Positions 37,753 through 48,079 of a stretch of 64,000 bases of DNA are shown one piece after another. How positions within the stretch are numbered: position 1 is the first letter of the stretch; each line of letters begins with the position of its first letter. The translations under genes and the position numbers were made by a program. The notes beneath the pieces are model-generated. The model saw only the letters and a program-made list of their open reading frames with translations, was not told where the DNA came from and ran no database searches. Location: the IMG/VR virus record IMGVR_UViG_2061766007_001346, positions 64,001 through 128,000 of that record. One strand, 5' to 3'. The stretch is from a virus. Lineage: Duplodnaviria > Caudoviricetes.

Positions 37753-39030
37753 ATGGGAAAATACAAAGTAAGAAAAGGCGATTCCTGGATAAGCATTGCT
37801 AACAATAACGGCCTCAATCTTAATGACCTGTTATACTGGAACGGAATCGACCCTATGTCCAGAGAACAATTGCCAATGATAAATCCTGGCGCAGAGTTAT
37901 ACATATCAGATCCATACAGATTGCAACCGTCAATGGTTACTGCACAGGCACCTCAGGACTATACAGAGTTCGGAGAGACTGGACAGGATTTGATTAATAA
38001 GTATGCATTGGCTGTAAGACAAGGTAAGTTAAAGTTTGATCAGGTACCGAAGGTATATAAGACCGCTGTGTATCAGAAGATGATTACAAATACTACTGAC
38101 AAAGCCGCACACACTATCTTTAATGCGGGCCTCAACACAGGTTTGGCCATGACAGATCCTATAGGCTACGGTCTCGCTCTTGCTTCGCAAAAAGGCGCGG
38201 CATATGTAAATGATGCTGCATCTGGAAGACATGAATATGGAATTGGAGATTTGTTAGATTATACACCTGTAATGGGTACACGATATGCGCAGGAGAACCC
38301 TGGAAAATCTATAATGATTGACGCTGGTACAGGACTCGCTGGTGGTGCTGCATTAAGAAATCTTCCGAACTGGATACGGTATGTGGCTCAGAATGGACGC
38401 GGAATGATGCAGAATGCCTTACGTACCACTGGTATGCAAAGACAGGTACAAATGCAGCCCGGTAATCAAACTTTCGGTACTGTGTATACATCTGGTGGAA
38501 AAGGTGTTGGTAAAACTGGCACAGTTCGTGCAGGACATGTTGGCGGATACCAACCGAACGCTAGCGCTAAAGGTACGTTTGGTAACCAGTCTTCTGGAAA
38601 TGCGACCAGATGGATTGCGCCGGATAAGAATATTCCTGCCGTACCGGTCAATCCCGTACCATTCCGTCCTGTTATGTCTCCGGTCTTCGTACCGCCACCA
38701 GTCGAATCGCCTGTGCGCGTTCCTACTCCGGAAAAACATATCTACGAACAGCAATCGTTCAACAGATGGCAGATGCCTAATCCTACAGGTGTTGTCGGAC
38801 CATATCAACCCGGAACTGGTATATTTAGCATAAGCGGGCACGCTCCTGTCGGAAATACCGTCGATCAGCAAGCCCTTACAAGAGAAAGCCTGAAATTCTA
38901 TCCCAATGACTATGCTCCGAGAATTGCAACATTCGTTCCAGAAAAGATTTCTGGTACACCATCCAATGTGTTCAGCGGACTTGGTATATTATATGGTGGT
39001 GAGAATCCTGGTAGTTTAATTGTAAAATAA
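37753..39030 (+). CDS. LysM-domain protein with Gly/Pro-rich tail; no TGA
   Basis: YKVRKGDSWISIANNNGLNLNDLLYWN...INPGAELYI. Confidence 0.85.
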   Translation: MGKYKVRKGDSWISIANNNGLNLNDLLYWNGIDPMSREQLPMINPGAELYISDPYRLQPSMVTAQAPQDYTEFGETGQDLINKYALAVRQGKLKFDQVPKVYKTAVYQKMITNTTDKAAHTIFNAGLNTGLAMTDPIGYGLALASQKGAAYVNDAASGRHEYGIGDLLDYTPVMGTRYAQENPGKSIMIDAGTGLAGGAALRNLPNWIRYVAQNGRGMMQNALRTTGMQRQVQMQPGNQTFGTVYTSGGKGVGKTGTVRAGHVGGYQPNASAKGTFGNQSSGNATRWIAPDKNIPAVPVNPVPFRPVMSPVFVPPPVESPVRVPTPEKHIYEQQSFNRWQMPNPTGVVGPYQPGTGIFSISGHAPVGNTVDQQALTRESLKFYPNDYAPRIATFVPEKISGTPSNVFSGLGILYGGENPGSLIVK

Positions 39031-39031
39031 C

Positions 39032-41269
39032 ATGAAATACAAGTTTAAGGACGGCGGTGTCGTAAAATTGCAAAATGCGTGAACAACAATGCCCAATCCT
39101 GAAGATTCGATACGTCGTGCATGGGAAACACAGGCCCAAAGAGAAAGAGAGGCAGCCTTCACGGACTCTTTGGGCTATATTACCCAAGGCGATGGTAAGA
39201 AACGAAACGCTCTGACATGATGAGCACAGGACACTGCCAAAGGACAGGAAGCCGTACGTGCATTAAACACACTTAAATGAGCTGCCGACAAAGGTCTTAT
39301 GCTTGCCGGTGGAAACTGACTCCTAAAAGGCCTGAAGGCAAAGAAATATCTGACTACCGCTGGAGAACTTGTCGGTGGTGCTGTAGGTGCGGAAGGACTG
39401 AATCAGGCTGGAAAATGAGTAGATAATAAATTGGGAACATCCAATCCGTTCCTGGATTTCCAGAAACTAGGAACGTTGTCCGGAGTAATACTTGGTGCTT
39501 CTGGAGCAAAGAAAAGTTTGCAGTGAGCTGCCGGAAAGGGAGTCAATCTTCCCGCCAGCAATATGGAATTCAATAACTTAAGGACACAATATCTTAATAA
39601 TACTGCAGGAAGGGCAAAAATCCAGACTCCTAACAAGGGCTGGGAGAACTATTCCAACTATGATGTTTATGAGAACGCGTTCAAAAACAAACCGTCAGTC
39701 GATTTATCGGAACCGATAACAATGGATGAAGCTAAAGCTTCTGCAAGTCGGTGATTAGGTGATAGAATTCAACTTGGTGATCCAGAGATACTCAAGGATT
39801 TACAAATAGCTCCGAGCAGTACTCCAGAAACAGGATATATTGACTTCTACGATACATCGAAGCCTATAAACAAGTCGTTACGTAAGACGTTCTATGCCGC
39901 TCCTGATGGACAAGGTTATAGTTACGGCAGACCTGTAATACAAGGCGTTATGCACAGAACAGTCGATGGTACCGAATATCTGGAATATCCAAGAAACAGC
40001 AATATCAGATACTATCTCGGTAAGTTCAAAACCGAAGGAAAAGATCCTACCTTAGTACACATAGGCCCGCCAAATATGGATGGTACTGTAATGAAGCCTC
40101 GTCCGGATCCGTTACGCCGTGTCGATCAAGATTTTCTATGATGGCAGAGAAACAATCCGTTCTGGTCGAAAGGTGAAATTACCACTCGAATAAACGATGT
40201 GGTCCCGTCCAAATCAGCAATCGGAAACGTCAATTCAGACTATCCAACTCGATTGACAGGTGCAGTGGACTTAGCAGATCCGAAGCTAAATACCGTACAG
40301 ATGCAATACAATCCACTAACCAAAACGTTTGGTTGGATGAAGTATGTGGTTCCCAAGGAATTCGAACCTACACCACAAGAAGCGGCGACAACATATCACT
40401 GAGATCCGCGGGCGAAAGTAATGAGCAGACCGATAAGCGATGCTGAATTAGCCGGAACACCTAGAGGTGAGAGAAATCAACCGGCACCAAGACATCACAT
40501 TCCGATATCGTTAATCAATAGGTCGAATTCATACTTGCCGATTGAAGGCGACAGTTTCGCTCTCGAATCACCAGAAGTATCGAAACGTCTTGCTTCGGTT
40601 CACTTTACCATAAACGAACCTGTAACTGGAAACAGCGGCGGTAGTTGAGATTCAGCATCCACCACCCTCTTATTCCCGTATGGGAATCTTCGAAAAGTTG
40701 CCGCACCGATAAATCTGGAACCAATGGATACGTTCTTCCCGAACTATAATGGTTTGCGTTTCAGTACGAAGGGCGCAAAAGTCTTTACTGGAGATAGAGC
40801 GGTACACGATTATTACACACAGCACGGTGTAGATTCGAAGTTCTCGGAGGAACTGGAAGCGTTGCTTAGAGAATATAACGCGAAGAATGGTGTTGCTGAT
40901 AAATATCTTGCCGAACACGATTGGCTTCCGGATGAAGAATACTATAAATTACATAAGGCTGAAACAGATGTGTCTGATAAAATTCAGCAAATGCATTTCG
41001 ATTTTGTAGACCAGAATGCGGAACGTCCGTCTCTTGAAGATGTTCATAGATTAGAACAGATTGAAGGATTAAAAACCGGTGCGGATCCGGTTAGGTATGA
41101 TGGTATGGCTACAGACTTACAAAGAAGACTGGGATATACATGATTCAGTGCCCCATCTACACACTGGGCGTTAACTATGTACGAACCCGGAGAAGATCTT
41201 TCAAAGTTGCCGAAAGGAATGCAAGATTTCGTGAGATGAATATGGGCGCACAAAGCCGACTATAGATAA
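39032..41269 (+). CDS. Cargo-like protein, 745 aa (13 TGA=Trp)
   Basis: MKYKFKDGGVVKLQNA*; five track ORFs share the frame; no TAA/TAG until 41267. Confidence 0.8.
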
Positions 41270-41270
41270 T

Positions 41271-41304
41271 AAAAAATCCCGAGCAGCAATGCCCGGGATT
41301 TTTT
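41271..41304. terminator. Bidirectional terminator
   Basis: aaaaaatcccgagca-gcaa-tgcccgggatttttt between convergent genes. Confidence 0.8.
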
Positions 41305-41307
41305 GTT

Positions 41308-44300
41308 TTATTTATGTAATGGGTTCTTAAATCTACCGCCATTTCTGATCATATCGGGTGTAACCGTCCTACTAAAATTAGAGGCCACATCATTAAATAG
41401 ATGTAATAGAAAATCATCCGTATATCTGTCCAAAAACATTACTTTCAGACTATCTTTATCTTTAACAGTTCTTCGCATTACATCAAGGTCGTCCTTAGAA
41501 TACTTATATTGCGGAGATTTTCCGAATTGTTTTAATATCTCATTTCTCCTCGAATAAATTTCGGTGGGATGATCCCAATAATCGGCACGGTCCGTTGGGA
41601 AAGCATTCTTCGACAGATAGTCTCCATTTTTCATAAAGTCACGTATCTGCACTTCCTGTGGCGCACCACCGAGAGCGTGACTTTGTTCGTGAAGGATAGT
41701 GCCCGGATGTCAGTTACCTTTATATATTTTAATTTCAGGATTGTCTCTATATCTAGGAGGGCGTTGTATGTCTGTTCTGCCGTTTGGAGCGATATAGGAT
41801 AAACCAGACCATCAATTCAATTGATCCTCCGATTCAACATGTCTTACATTTCCAGTAGAACCGGATCTGAATGAACTATATCCAGTATCTTTATAGCTTG
41901 TTCTGTATAATTGGGATAGTTGTCTGGACAATTCCTCGTTTAAACTGGGATAATAGGTACTATATACATAACCCGTAGGATCCGTTTCCGTCGTGAGATG
42001 AGTATTTAGATTCTGAATGTTTTTATCGAGCAAACCCTTTCTGTTAATCAATCAATGAGTTAGCCAATCCTCACCTTCTTTAATCATGTTCTGTTTTCTA
42101 ACGGAAAGGCCTTCCTGTCCTTTTAGGATTCCGCCTCGCTTTTCCTTAGAAATCGTAGCTGTACCTAGTCCTATAGGAGCTGCGGCACCAACATATTTCA
42201 TAGCTTCTCTAAACGATTTTATTCTTTCGGGAGTTAACAAATTCTTGTTTCTTAAAGATTCTACAAATCTCTTTCCATATCCACTTGCGTTCTCAATCGA
42301 TTCCACTATTTTCTCATCAGGTACCTTATCTATAATCTTATCTTGTAGATCAATGGAAATCTTTTTACTTTTATAATTCCCCAATAATTTTTCTCTTGCA
42401 TCAGCATTAAGTGTTACCATTTCTCCTCCAAGGTCACTCATGTCTTTAAACACATCATATTCGTTGCGTAAATTTAAGAAATCGTTTCCATACGCATCTA
42501 TGAGAAATCCCTTTTCTTTATCAGTTAATGGTAAATGTTGATCTACAAGATGTCTCAGTTCATGCGGAATAACATCTTCTGGATTTTCAGAGCCCTTAAT
42601 GGCAACATAGTCTTTACCCGTAGCCGCGTTCTTATCATAAAATCCAATTATTTTACTATTTAATCCTGCAGCATCGAACGTCTTATTAGGGAACGTGTTA
42701 TATGTTATGTCAATCAAATCATTAAATTCGGAGTCCGAAATATTTCTTCCGTTTCTGCGTAATCTTGGAAGAGTTGTGTTCAACAGTAGTTGTTTTGAAT
42801 TATCGCTTACTGGGAATGTTGTCCCAAGGTAATCTTCGGATACTGGCAATGCCGGTTCTTTTCCCAACAGAACGTCCATATAACTATTCTTCATTAGCTT
42901 TTTTCAAGTGGCCAAATCATTGAGCGATACATAATGTCCTTTGAATAAATCGTCTTTATACGGATTTCCGTAAACGGAGAACTTGATGCCCGGCTCATTA
43001 TACTGAAAATGTCCCCCAACGAAATCTTTGAACTTTTCCACATCGGGTTTACTTCCCAGGATTTGGATTCGCTCTGGATTTACATCGGGAACAACCAGTA
43101 CATCCGAACCAAATTCATTATCGGCGTTATTGTGTAACAGTACATCAGCTCCCTTCTTTTTCATTAAATCTCATATACCTCTTTCGGAATAATACGTGTT
43201 CCCACCATTGATTTTAAGAGGTTTAGAAGCATCTACTTTTACATGATACAATCCGTTATATTTTCCGGAATTGTATATATCAGAGAATATCTTCCTGTTC
43301 CTGTTGACAAAGTCATTGAATGTTTCCCCTTCCCGTACACCAAGCTGTTTCAAGAAATCTGCATTTGATTTATCTCCAGCTCCAAATTCAGCCTTATATT
43401 CGGATAACCATTTGCCGTTGGTCCCGCCAGTATCTCTTGTGAACTTTCCAGCTCTGTTCGGAATCTTTTCCCGCAATGTCGCAGAAGTAATTGGTTGAGT
43501 TTTCCAGGCGTCCGATGTATATGGTTTACCAAGGATTTCTTTCAGCGGTCAATACACTCGTTTATTCCAATGTCCAAAAGGAATTCCGATTCCGTCAACA
43601 TATTGCAGCGACGTTTCTGGCTGTAGATTGAAATACATATCGTTACGTCCTAGTGTTTCCGGAGCACCTGTGTTTATTTGTTTTGTTGATTTGGACAAAC
43701 CTTCCGACAAATCGGAATTCGTACCATGTGCATATGGTATCTGTACCTTAGACGCAGGAAAAACAGTATCATAATACTGTCTATACATCTGTTTCGATCC
43801 AATCTTTCTAAGTTCAGGATTTTCCATGAACAGATGATCTATTGTACGGTCAATGTACTTATTGTCAGCGGGTTTCGGAGCTTTATTATACACTTTATTA
43901 AAGTACTGCCCTCTCAAATCGGAAAACGTTTCTTTTGGTATTCCCATTGTAATACCATTTCCGGCGGCAGATCTTAACAGGGGATTTACAGCACCAGAGC
44001 CTAGTACATAACCACCAAGTCCTCCGGCGATACGCATCGTCGGACCGACAAAATTACTGGCAAGCTTACTATCTACTCAATCTCCGGCTTTACCCAGAGC
44101 ATTGGACGCAACATTACTGGCGGCCAAGCCACCAGCAATCCTGGCAGCGCCGCCTAACGCACCATATGTCGTGAATTCGGGAGCAAATAATACCGCCAGT
44201 TCTGGATGTTCCGTCTGGAGCGGTAAATCTTTATTGAATTTTCCACTGGCACGACCATCGGATTTGGAGGCTGCTTCGGCAAGTATCTCGTGCAATATCT

Positions 44301-44463
44301 CCTCCGATTGTTTATCATTCTTGAATTTTATACGTCTCTGGCCAGTATCGATAGGGAAAATCTTGACTGATGTATTGTCTCTCTGCGTTTGGACAGGCTC
44401 CACTTCGGGTACCTTGCCCGCCCGTTGCAGTTTTATTATCTTGTTGTCAGTTTTATAGTTCAT
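41308..44463 (-). CDS. Polyvalent protein, 1051 aa: ADP-ribosyltransferase-like domain plus two zincin (HExxH) domains (TGA=Trp)
   Basis: Seven track ORFs share one frame; YAHGT...DMYF (ART-like), PHELRH...GEM, LHEQSH...PTEIYSR. Confidence 0.8.
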
Positions 44464-44485
44464 ATCAAGGTATTTATAGTTCGCG

Positions 44486-44517
44486 CAAATATAGTGAAAA
44501 AAATTGACAAAAACAAA
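44486..44517 (-). promoter_or_regulatory. Bacteroidota-type promoter
   Basis: TTTG-N20-TATATTTG upstream of 44463. Confidence 0.7.
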
Positions 44518-44525
44518 ATAATTAT

Positions 44526-45257
44526 CTAAAATTCATACTCTTTTTCAAAATTTACATCCTTGGAAACCTTCAATAATTCATTCTCCTTCTTTAAGTTCTT
44601 ATTCTCCCGAAGAGCCATTTCCAACATGCGTTCCAGATTGGTGATTCTGTCCTCATGATTATCAACCCTTTTATTAATGTAAAGAATGGCCTGTCCAATC
44701 TTATGCATATCAACCGCCTTGGCAGGAATGTTGAAACCAGCGTCATCCGTCAAGGAAGTGGCTATCTCAGTCATAATCTCCTTCTCCTGCAGAGACTTAT
44801 TATAGTTCTGAACGGTTCTTAACGGGATGTTCAGATTGTTTGCAATCTCCTGATTGGAGTATGTGGTAACTGCGTAATCCTCGCTTTTAAAAGATTGCGA
44901 GTGCAGGCCTATTAAATAGGCCTTTTCTTCGGGAGTTATCTTCTTATTATCAAGGAATTCCGGAGTAAACCGTTCGAAATTCTTGAGCAATTCCTTGAAA
45001 CGATACATGTCTGACTGGCCTTTCCTCTTAATGATCTCAATCAAACCCTCTTTATGTAATCTCTTAATACTCGTCCTAATCGTGGGGACAGAACAATCAC
45101 ATGCCGTGGCAACTGTGTTCAGCGATGGTCAGCAGCATTTAGTGTCCTTATTCATATACCTTCTAATGTTAGCATATACCAGATAGTCAATCGGTTTCAA
45201 TGTCTTTCTTTCTTTTACAGGATCTGGTACCTGTATGTGTTGTTGAGAATGTTCCAT
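44526..45257 (-). CDS. Double-HTH protein, putative replication initiator, 243 aa (TGA=Trp at codon 43)
   Basis: DYLVY...C*PSLNTVA..C..S..TI...IK.L.K.G.I HTH; second HTH SNQEIANNLNIPLRTV; adjacent to iterons. Confidence 0.7.
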
Positions 45258-45345
45258 ACTATATATATTATATTAATCATCTTTCGAATGCAAAGATAAT
45301 AATAATTTTTGACATATGCAATTTTTTTCTCACCTTTTCTCGGTA

Positions 45346-45421
45346 CGCAAAATTTTATAGGGGTTGACGCAAAAAATTATATAGGTTCGCGCAAAATCTT
45401 ATAGGGGTTCGCGCAAAATTT
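45346..45421. repeat. 3.5 direct repeats with 22-bp period (iteron-like; candidate origin)
   Basis: cgcaaaattttataggggttga / cgcaaaaaattatataggttcg / cgcaaaatcttataggggttcg / cgcaaaattt at the strand-switch point, flanked by AT-rich DNA. Confidence 0.75.
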
Positions 45422-45628
45422 TTCTACTAACTATATAATATATATAAAGAGAACTATACTTAATGGCTGGCGCCAAAATGAAAAATTGTGTGTTATGAGA
45501 GGGAAAGAAGACTCAGTAATCAGCACCCCCTGCCAGTATCATTGGGGAAATGAAATTAAATATACCAATGACCGGGGTAGGGTCTAAGTTTTCAAAATTG
45601 TGATTTGACAATCAATACCAAGCATCAT

Positions 45629-46060
45629 ATGCAACTCATGTTCAACCCGAAGGAGAAAAAGACTTACATGGTCAAGGGTCTTGGTGAGGCCCGCTCCTTC
45701 CGTATCGTCGGCGAAAACGACGCATGGAAGCCACTCACGTTTGAGGTGTGGAGTGAACTCGTACCTCTTCGTGATGGAAAGAAAGAATCTCATTGTTACT
45801 GGTCCTTACCGGATGACGATGATGCGTTCTACGATTTCCTCCGCCGTGAGTACAAGCTTCGGAGAGAAGGATTCTACACATCTAACTCGATCCAGATTGG
45901 CAGAATTCAATTCTCACTCTATCGCACTCACAACGAAGTTGGTGAGTCGTACTTCTCGACCACGGCCAAGATGCCGCGACACATTCTCGTCGGAATACTC
46001 AACATCATCGATGATGAGTTCTACGAATGGATGAAAACCCAAGAAAACAATAACGATTAG
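45629..46060 (+). CDS. Hypothetical early protein
   Basis: First gene of the plus arm; Trp only as TGG; TAG stop. Confidence 0.65.
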   Translation: MQLMFNPKEKKTYMVKGLGEARSFRIVGENDAWKPLTFEVWSELVPLRDGKKESHCYWSLPDDDDAFYDFLRREYKLRREGFYTSNSIQIGRIQFSLYRTHNEVGESYFSTTAKMPRHILVGILNIIDDEFYEWMKTQENNND

Positions 46061-46062
46061 CA

Positions 46063-46401
46063 ATGCTTCTCGAGTCTTTCCATCTTGCGATCAGCGAAAA
46101 GCTGGGATGGGGCGACATGTCCGCCGAAATCGCAATGCCTGCAATCAACGGGATCATCACGAATTACCTCAACATGATCAACGAGCGTACAGGCGATGTT
46201 ATCAGTCCAGAAGACGCTGTTCCTGCACTTCTGGAGAACTATACCGCAGACCAGATCTTTGGCCTGCTGGGTGACGATGGAGATCTCAATTATCTCGGTT
46301 CTGACAAGGAACGAATGTTCATTGCTCTCCGTGATGAAATTGAGGTATGGATGAAGATGGGCAATACTTTCGAGGAAGCCCGTAGAGAATGGGACGTTTA
46401 A
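46063..46401 (+). CDS. Hypothetical protein
   Basis: 112 aa, tightly packed. Confidence 0.7.
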   Translation: MLLESFHLAISEKLGWGDMSAEIAMPAINGIITNYLNMINERTGDVISPEDAVPALLENYTADQIFGLLGDDGDLNYLGSDKERMFIALRDEIEVWMKMGNTFEEARREWDV

Positions 46402-46413
46402 TGTGCAAACATC

Positions 46414-46812
46414 ATGAGAACGTACTGCGTATTCCAACTCTGCGACAAACACGGCAACTCACGCCTTGTTGATCGCATAACCGCAAGTGTCCAGGACGGC
46501 ATCAACATGTATGTCGATCGGTGCCGTTTTGGCGAAGTCCTGTTTCTTCCCGACCACAATGAGAAGAAGGACATGCCTGATTCACTGGTATTCTTAGAGC
46601 CCGAGGCAATCACACCCGCCGATATCGAGTGGCTCAGAAAGAACCAGGATTATTACAAGTTGCCTATTAAGGAGGCGATTCAGCGTTATGCCGACGAGGG
46701 CCATCTTGGCATCTATCGTGGCATTTGTGTCAAAGTTCTACACGGAGAAGTCATCGTGAAACATCTGTTTCTTGTTGAACTTCGACACGTCTATGACGAT
46801 ACTATCGTTTAA
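46414..46812 (+). CDS. Hypothetical protein
   Basis: 132-aa ORF. Confidence 0.65.
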   Translation: MRTYCVFQLCDKHGNSRLVDRITASVQDGINMYVDRCRFGEVLFLPDHNEKKDMPDSLVFLEPEAITPADIEWLRKNQDYYKLPIKEAIQRYADEGHLGIYRGICVKVLHGEVIVKHLFLVELRHVYDDTIV

Positions 46813-47152
46813 CGCAAGCGAAGCAAACATGTGCAGATTCATCAACATCAATCTCGAACAGAGATTAAGAAAAACGATCAGTTTTCAAGAACTTGTTGAA
46901 TTTGGGGCTCCGTGGTGGTTCCGTCTTGTTGTAGGTGAACAACTCACCGTTGGTTATCGAGATGATTCAGAAGTTAAGATTGTGTGGAAAGGTTCTATAT
47001 ACACAATTTCTTCCCAACACAGTCTTGCCAAACAACTGTCCAAATTTGACGTTGGATCAACTGTAAAGGTTGTTGAACGTACAACGGAACGGTACAAGCA
47101 TGATGACAAAACGTGGATGCGATTTGTTCACAAGTTTGAAATCGTAAAGTAA
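46793..47152 (+). CDS. Hypothetical protein
   Basis: ATG at 46793, TAA stop. Confidence 0.6.
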   Translation: MTILSFNASEANMCRFININLEQRLRKTISFQELVEFGAPWWFRLVVGEQLTVGYRDDSEVKIVWKGSIYTISSQHSLAKQLSKFDVGSTVKVVERTTERYKHDDKTWMRFVHKFEIVK

Positions 47153-47173
47153 TTCCCGATTCTCTCAATTCAT

Positions 47174-47332
47174 ATGGTAGATTTGAAAGTTGGAGATAAG
47201 ATAGACTTCGTTGATACAAAACACGTTCTTATAAACGGAGTCAAACACAAAATAGTTATTAAGAAACATCCTCTCCTTACAAGGACTGGTATTATGTTTA
47301 TAGCTTATTGTGAGTTTGTAAAAGACCGCTGA
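47174..47332 (+). CDS. 52-aa protein ending at TGA inside the hammerhead core (73 aa to TAA 47395 if TGA=Trp)
   Basis: MVDLKVGDKIDFVDTKHVLING...EFVKDR; below the ORF-track size cut-off. Confidence 0.55.
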   Translation: MVDLKVGDKIDFVDTKHVLINGVKHKIVIKKHPLLTRTGIMFIAYCEFVKDR

Positions 47333-47403
47333 TGAGCTAGTGAAATTCTAGCGAAACGATGCCCAAGTAGGCGAAAGCTGAGCACTTGGGTTTAAGTCCG
47401 GTC
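47324..47403 (+). ncRNA. Hammerhead ribozyme, type I
   Basis: Stem I gaccg/cggtc, core CTGATGA, stem II gctag/ctagc, GAAA, stem III, GTC cleavage triplet at 47396-47398. Confidence 0.85.
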
Positions 47404-47452
47404 ATATGATCGAAACATTAACTCATTTATTAACATCTAATTTAAAAGCCTT

Positions 47453-47845
47453 ATGGAAATTTTCGCAAAGGAAGGCTGGGGTATCCTCGCCGTGTCTGCC
47501 AAACTCAACATCAACGACCAGATCATTCTGTGTCAGGTTCTTGACAATCTTGATCGTTTCGACGGTTTCGTCGAGAAGATCGACGCGTGGGACAAAGAGG
47601 CAGAATGTCACACGCTCCAGGAGCTTAATGAAGAGACTGGCTGTTGGGAGCCGTCTCAGTGGGCCAAGGACAATCCTCGTCCTGGTGACCCGATGGAAGA
47701 AGCTCACAAGATGGGCTTCGATCCAATGGAAGAGCAGCGGAAACTGCGCAAGTTCTGCCGTAAGCTCTGCCATATCAAGCTTGGTGAGAGCAACATCTTC
47801 GACGATGAGGCCCAAGAGGCCAAAGTCGAGAAGGTCGCAAAGTAA
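47453..47845 (+). CDS. Hypothetical acidic protein
   Basis: 130 aa, strong codon bias. Confidence 0.7.
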   Translation: MEIFAKEGWGILAVSAKLNINDQIILCQVLDNLDRFDGFVEKIDAWDKEAECHTLQELNEETGCWEPSQWAKDNPRPGDPMEEAHKMGFDPMEEQRKLRKFCRKLCHIKLGESNIFDDEAQEAKVEKVAK

Positions 47846-47851
47846 CAATCT

Positions 47852-48076
47852 ATGGCACACGTTGTCACACTCTCAGAACAGCTGGAAACCGTCACACAGG
47901 CAATCCGGCCTCTCATCGATCGCCAAGAAGGCGATGACCCCGAAGGAGCAAACGGCCAGTGCAAAGCTGCAATAGCCGAATGCGAAGCTCTCGTAGCCAT
48001 GCTCAACGAAGTGAAATCACAGATTGAGTATGAGATTCTTGAACAGTGCCCAACTCCAGATCCTTACTGGGATTAG
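47852..48076 (+). CDS. Hypothetical helical protein
   Basis: 74 aa. Confidence 0.65.
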   Translation: MAHVVTLSEQLETVTQAIRPLIDRQEGDDPEGANGQCKAAIAECEALVAMLNEVKSQIEYEILEQCPTPDPYWD

Positions 48077-48079
48077 CCT

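Noticed and set aside
1-45257. Mass pseudogenisation or sequencing errors explaining the fragmented ORFs
   Set aside because: Breaks are in-frame TGA at Trp-compatible positions, with no internal TAA/TAG; only one frameshift was found
1-45257. TGA as selenocysteine or glycine
   Set aside because: TGA aligns with TGG in internal repeats and at conserved Trp positions
45346-45421. CRISPR array
   Set aside because: Contiguous 22-bp repeats with no unique spacers and no cas genes
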